Shown here: positions 59,904-64,000 of the stretch, one piece after another | Position numbering within the stretch: position 1 is the stretch's first letter | Layout: each line of letters opens with the position of its first letter | DNA from: Trichinella spiralis | Taxonomy: Eukaryota | Length of the DNA stretch: 64,000 nt | Direction: 5' to 3' | Assembly: GCF_000181795.1 (NCBI RefSeq) | Contig: NW_003526941.1 | Coordinates: 5,433,053 to 5,497,052, forward strand | Notes under the pieces: generated by a model | What the model saw: the letters and a program-made list of their open reading frames with translations, nothing else | The model's database searches: none | Told to the model about the DNA's origin: nothing | Position numbers and translations under genes: made by a program

Positions 59904-60708
59904 ATGAATGACTGCAGTCATTCGAAGCCTACCGTTACGCTTTGGGTGCGTGCCGGTGTGGATGGCGTCCGTTGTGGTGGCTGTCCTGTATGTCAGCAGC
60001 TTTTCATGATTCTTTTGTGCAAAAGCGATGCGGGCGTATTGAACTTTGAAGTGAAAACCACGAATCCATATCGACCCAATTTTGCATTTTCCTGCGCCGG
60101 TTTGAGACACGTTCCCGCACTGGTTCACGACGATCAACAATTTGATGAAACCGATGAAATTATCGAATATTTGGACAACACTTTTCCTCAACCAGATTTA
60201 ACGTGCAATAATGTAGAAGCACTAAATACAGTGAGAGATTTGTTTTCCAAGTTTTGCTTTTTCATCAAAGCTGTTGATAAAGGTCCAGCAAATTTGGAAT
60301 CCGCGTTGGCTAAATTGAATGCATTTCTATTAAAAGTACAGTTTACTTTTTTTAAACAATGTTTATGTTTTATTGTTCTTTATTATTTAGACAAAAACTA
60401 AATTTTTATGTGGCGATCAATTGACTCACCTTGATTGTTCTATACTTCCGAAACTGCACCACATTCGACTCGTCGTGGAACGCTTTACGAATTTTCAAAT
60501 ACCGCGTACATTTTCTGGCGTGTGGAAGTATCTGAAAACGGGATACGAATGCGACGTATTTACTAGATCTTGTCCATGCGATGAAGAAATTTTACTTCAT
60601 TGGTCTGATAGACCGGATACTCCAAATTTATCTTCAGTTGAGGTGAAAAAATATTCTAGCCAATGTAATTTCACTTTTGATGTTCCTCCGAATTGTGTCG
60701 ACCTTTGA
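59904..60708 (+). CDS. CLIC: Chloride intracellular channel (CLIC; exc-4/exl-1-like, GST fold), 2 exons
   Basis: LWVRAGVDGVRCGGCPVCQQLFMIL; VKTTN; KFLCGDQLTHLDCSILPKLHHIR; VFTRSCPCDEEILLHW. Intron 60336-60390. Confidence 0.93.
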
Positions 60709-60994
60709 TAATGGACATGAATTTTAAACCAAGAACTAGTCAAACATTATTAAGCGTAGTGATCTCGAATTCTTGTTGTTTTTGTTTTCTATTCTGTTTA
60801 GCTAGTCAGCTTCTACTAATGTTTCCTATTTTTTGAATTCATTGTCTAGTCATGTCTGATGTGCCATCCATCATCTTTTTTTTTATAGTTTGTGTCCAAA
60901 GATGAAAAAATGTTGATTTTGATTTTAGATTTGTTGTTCTTTTTGCATATTTCTCGTTTTGATCGAACGTATTTGAACGATAATTTTTGAAACG

Positions 60995-61611
60995 ATGAAA
61001 GATTTTCTAGAAATTAAGCATTTACAGATGGAAACTCCGAACTCTGATGGTAAACTTGTTTTGCCTGTACCTGAGAAAAGTGAAAGTACTCAAGCGAAAG
61101 TTTCAACCATGGAATTTCTCAATGATCTGGAAGAATTGACACCACTGGTATTTTCGCTTTTAATTTTCAAGTGCTGACTTTTTTCTCGATTTTAGATTCC
61201 AGAAGCGCTAGTTGAATATTATATGAATCAAGCCGGCATGCAAGACTCGGATCCGTTTGTGTACGTGTAGCGTAGTGTCGCGTTTCTTTTCATTTTGGCG
61301 TGTTCAGAATTGTAATGCATTGTTTGTTGGTTTTAGCAAACGTGCTATAGCGTTAGCAGCTCAGAAATTCATTTCTGACATTTTGTTGGATTCGATGCAA
61401 AAAGCAAAGTTCAAAGGATTGGCACAAGTGAGCAAGAAAGGTAGTTCAAAGGTACGCAATTGACACTTGACAACTTGCGTTTGTTAAATATATGTTTCAA
61501 GGTTTGTGTTTGCTTTTTCAGGAATTGCGCTACACGTTGACTTCGGAAGTACTGGAGCCTGTATTGGAAGAATTCGGCATTGAAGGTCGTAAATCCGTAT
61601 TCAATTTATGA
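60995..61611 (+). CDS. TAF10: TFIID subunit 10, 4 exons (alternative start at ATG 61028)
   Basis: EFLNDLEELTPL|IPEALVEYYMNQAG..D; KRAIALAAQKFISDILLDSMQ; RYTLTSEVLEPVLEEFGI match the TAF10 histone-fold pattern. Confidence 0.92.
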
Positions 61612-62153
61612 ACCAACGAAGAAAAACGCTGTGCCCCATGGATATTTCGCCAGTGTCGACCAATAATAATTGCATAAATAAAGCTTAAAACTGAATTTTG
61701 AAGCATAGTAGTTTATTCAATAAATGACATTGGGGCTGATCAGATTTTTTGATTCTGGTTCCATTAAGTATATTCAAGTATGTACGTACTGTAAAAACAG
61801 ATAAAAAATACCTATACGGTATGTATGGAAATAGATGTGCATCGATTCCGCAACTTCTTTTTGCAGCTAATTGCTATAAAAATAATAAAGTAACATAATA
61901 TTTTTGAATAAATATTTTTTCATAACAGCAAGAAACAAATATTAAAATAACTTTTAAGAAAAAGTAAAAGTAACAACATATACCTTTTTATTAGCAAGGT
62001 GGACAAAATGACTGGCAGTAAAAGCAGTTGAAGAGGAAAGGAAATTAAAAATTATTATTGGACGGTGATTTATAAAATTATAAATAATTAGCGTTGAAGT
62101 TTCTTGATTTTATATAGTTTTTGGATGACAACAAGGGGACGAATATCATCATA

Positions 62154-63143
62154 TCAAGCGGCGTCTACAGGTGATGATGAATCAATTGTCAAACCGTTGA
62201 TCATGTTCGAGATGTTTGACTCAGGTCGATTTTGAACAGTCGATACTGGTAGATCTTCCGAATCTTCTGGATAAGCATTTTTACTTCGAAGCAAATCTTC
62301 AAGACCTCGCAGATGACCTTTGACCAGCATCAGTCGATTATTCAAACGATGATAATCAGTCAACGAATCGTAATGTATACAGTCGTGAACAACAACGCGA
62401 CTTAAAGTTTTGCTCGTTGCCAAACGTTCTACAGTTGTTGTGGCCACATTTTCCAAATTCAACTCGCGAAGGTATAGAATTTGCAAATTTTTAAATATAT
62501 CCAATATGAATGTGTAAAAGTCGTTGGTTAAAAATGGCGATCTGACCGGTGAACTGACCAAACACAGCCTGTGAACGCTATTTGCGATTCGTTTGAACAA
62601 ACCTAGAAAAGATTAGTTAAGAGAAAAAAAATATTAATAATTACAATATTATAAAAGTTCAAAAAGTTTATTCATCTGCTTACTGATCAGTTGCTTCTCG
62701 TGTCGTTCATACGCATGACACGAACATAAATAAACATAGACGATGGATTTATCCCAAAAAATCGGACCATCGTAAGAGACTCGAACGGTCATTCTGTCGT
62801 GACCACTCAAATGACCCTCACGAAATATTACGTACAACCAAACGGAACGATCATCATGAGCCGCAGTGTCTAGAACGATTTCACGCCAACGTTTGCTAAC
62901 CCGTTCCGCTTTGGTCCTCTGCTTTAAATCGACATAACGAAAAACTCTTCGGCAAACATCGGCAGGAAGTTTTTCAGTAAAATCCATAGCCACTGGTAAA
63001 GTTGGTTCTTCTTCCTGAAATATATGGGTGGTTTTTAAAATAAACAAATAATTCTATTCATCAATTATTAATAATTTCGTTCTTTTCACAATGGAAATGA
63101 AAAATCCTTCTTCGTCTGAAAATCTTACCTCTCCTCTCCTCAT
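62154..63143 (-). CDS. F-box domain protein, 3 exons
   Basis: MRRGE|EEEPTL..., F-box-like LPADVCRRVFRYVDLKQRTKAERVSKRWREIV, followed by LRR/FBA-like LKNL-type segments; canonical splice sites. Confidence 0.8.
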
Positions 63144-64000
63144 AGCCCTCCCACCACACACTGTCGCCTCTTCAAAGACTGAATCTTTGTTGAAATTTTC
63201 AATGCAAAATACAATACCAACGAAAAAAAATATGAAAATATCTTCTGAATAAATATTAAAAAAAATAAAATAAGACAAAATGAAAATACAACGCGCGCAA
63301 TTGGACAAGTATCGACACAAGTATTTCTGAAAATTTAAACAAATCGCATGGGATTGAGTTGGACATGCTCGCAAACAGAGAAAAGTTCGATTCAGTAACA
63401 GCCGATCAAGTAAAGAAGAGCAACAAAGCTCCAGCTAGCCAGCAGCTAGGCCGGCTCAACAACAAATGAAGCAGCATTTCAAACTGGCAAAGCAAAATGG
63501 ATATTTTTCCATAGAAATTTGGTGACATAACTGTTTCGGGGTTTTATTTCGTCAAATGAACAATTTTCTATCTGGTCTATAAAAAATTTTCATTCCCAAC
63601 AAGAAGCGCCGCCAACATCTTCTCCTACTACTACTACTACTACTACTACTATTACTACTATGCATTTATTGACTAACTCGAACTCAATTTACAATAGCTG
63701 ATATTTAAAAAAAAATTTGGACAATTTTCCGGGAAGAAACCAACTGAACAATAACGATAAAGATAAATTATTGAATAGATTAATTTTTAAAAAAATTCAA
63801 AGAAATTAAATTTCATTTAAGCATCAATACTTCAGTTGGTGTTTCTCAGAATGCAATGCAAAATTGCGCCTGGCAAAAAAATTACACGGTCCAATCGTGC
63901 TAGAAATCATGCCATAGATGATTTTTCCTCATCAACAAGCATGTGCAAAAAAAAATTTTTAATTCTTTTCTCAAGCCTCAGCATAAATGAAATGCTTGCA

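Overview
AT-rich eukaryotic genomic DNA with many short (~50-110 nt) GT-AG introns and TTTCAG-type acceptors. It is most consistent with a clade I nematode such as Trichinella (inference from intron style and a retained DNMT2). Left block: B-Raf/lin-45 kinase (-), UFSP2 (+), DNMT2/TRDMT1 (-) and Hikeshi (-). About 16.4-30.9 kb is a long T-rich non-coding stretch that looks like 5'UTR exons plus a large intron of a + strand gene; it holds one nested, intronless, TATA-driven orphan ORF with a 33-bp palindromic repeat array upstream. About 30.9-41.8 kb is a gapped repeat island: a 49-bp satellite built from 5' splice-site/U1-pairing motifs, a ~640-bp tandem duplication, a diverged ~1.3-kb inverted repeat, Helitron-like 3' ends, and probable assembly duplications. 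Right block: truncated ITM2-like gene (-), RABGAP1/tbc-11 (-, 3' end lost in a gap), short syntaxin-6 (+), a degenerate MITE, POFUT1 (+), PP2A B'' subunit (-), CLIC (+), TAF10 (+) and an F-box gene (-). Gene models were built by eye and no database searches were run.
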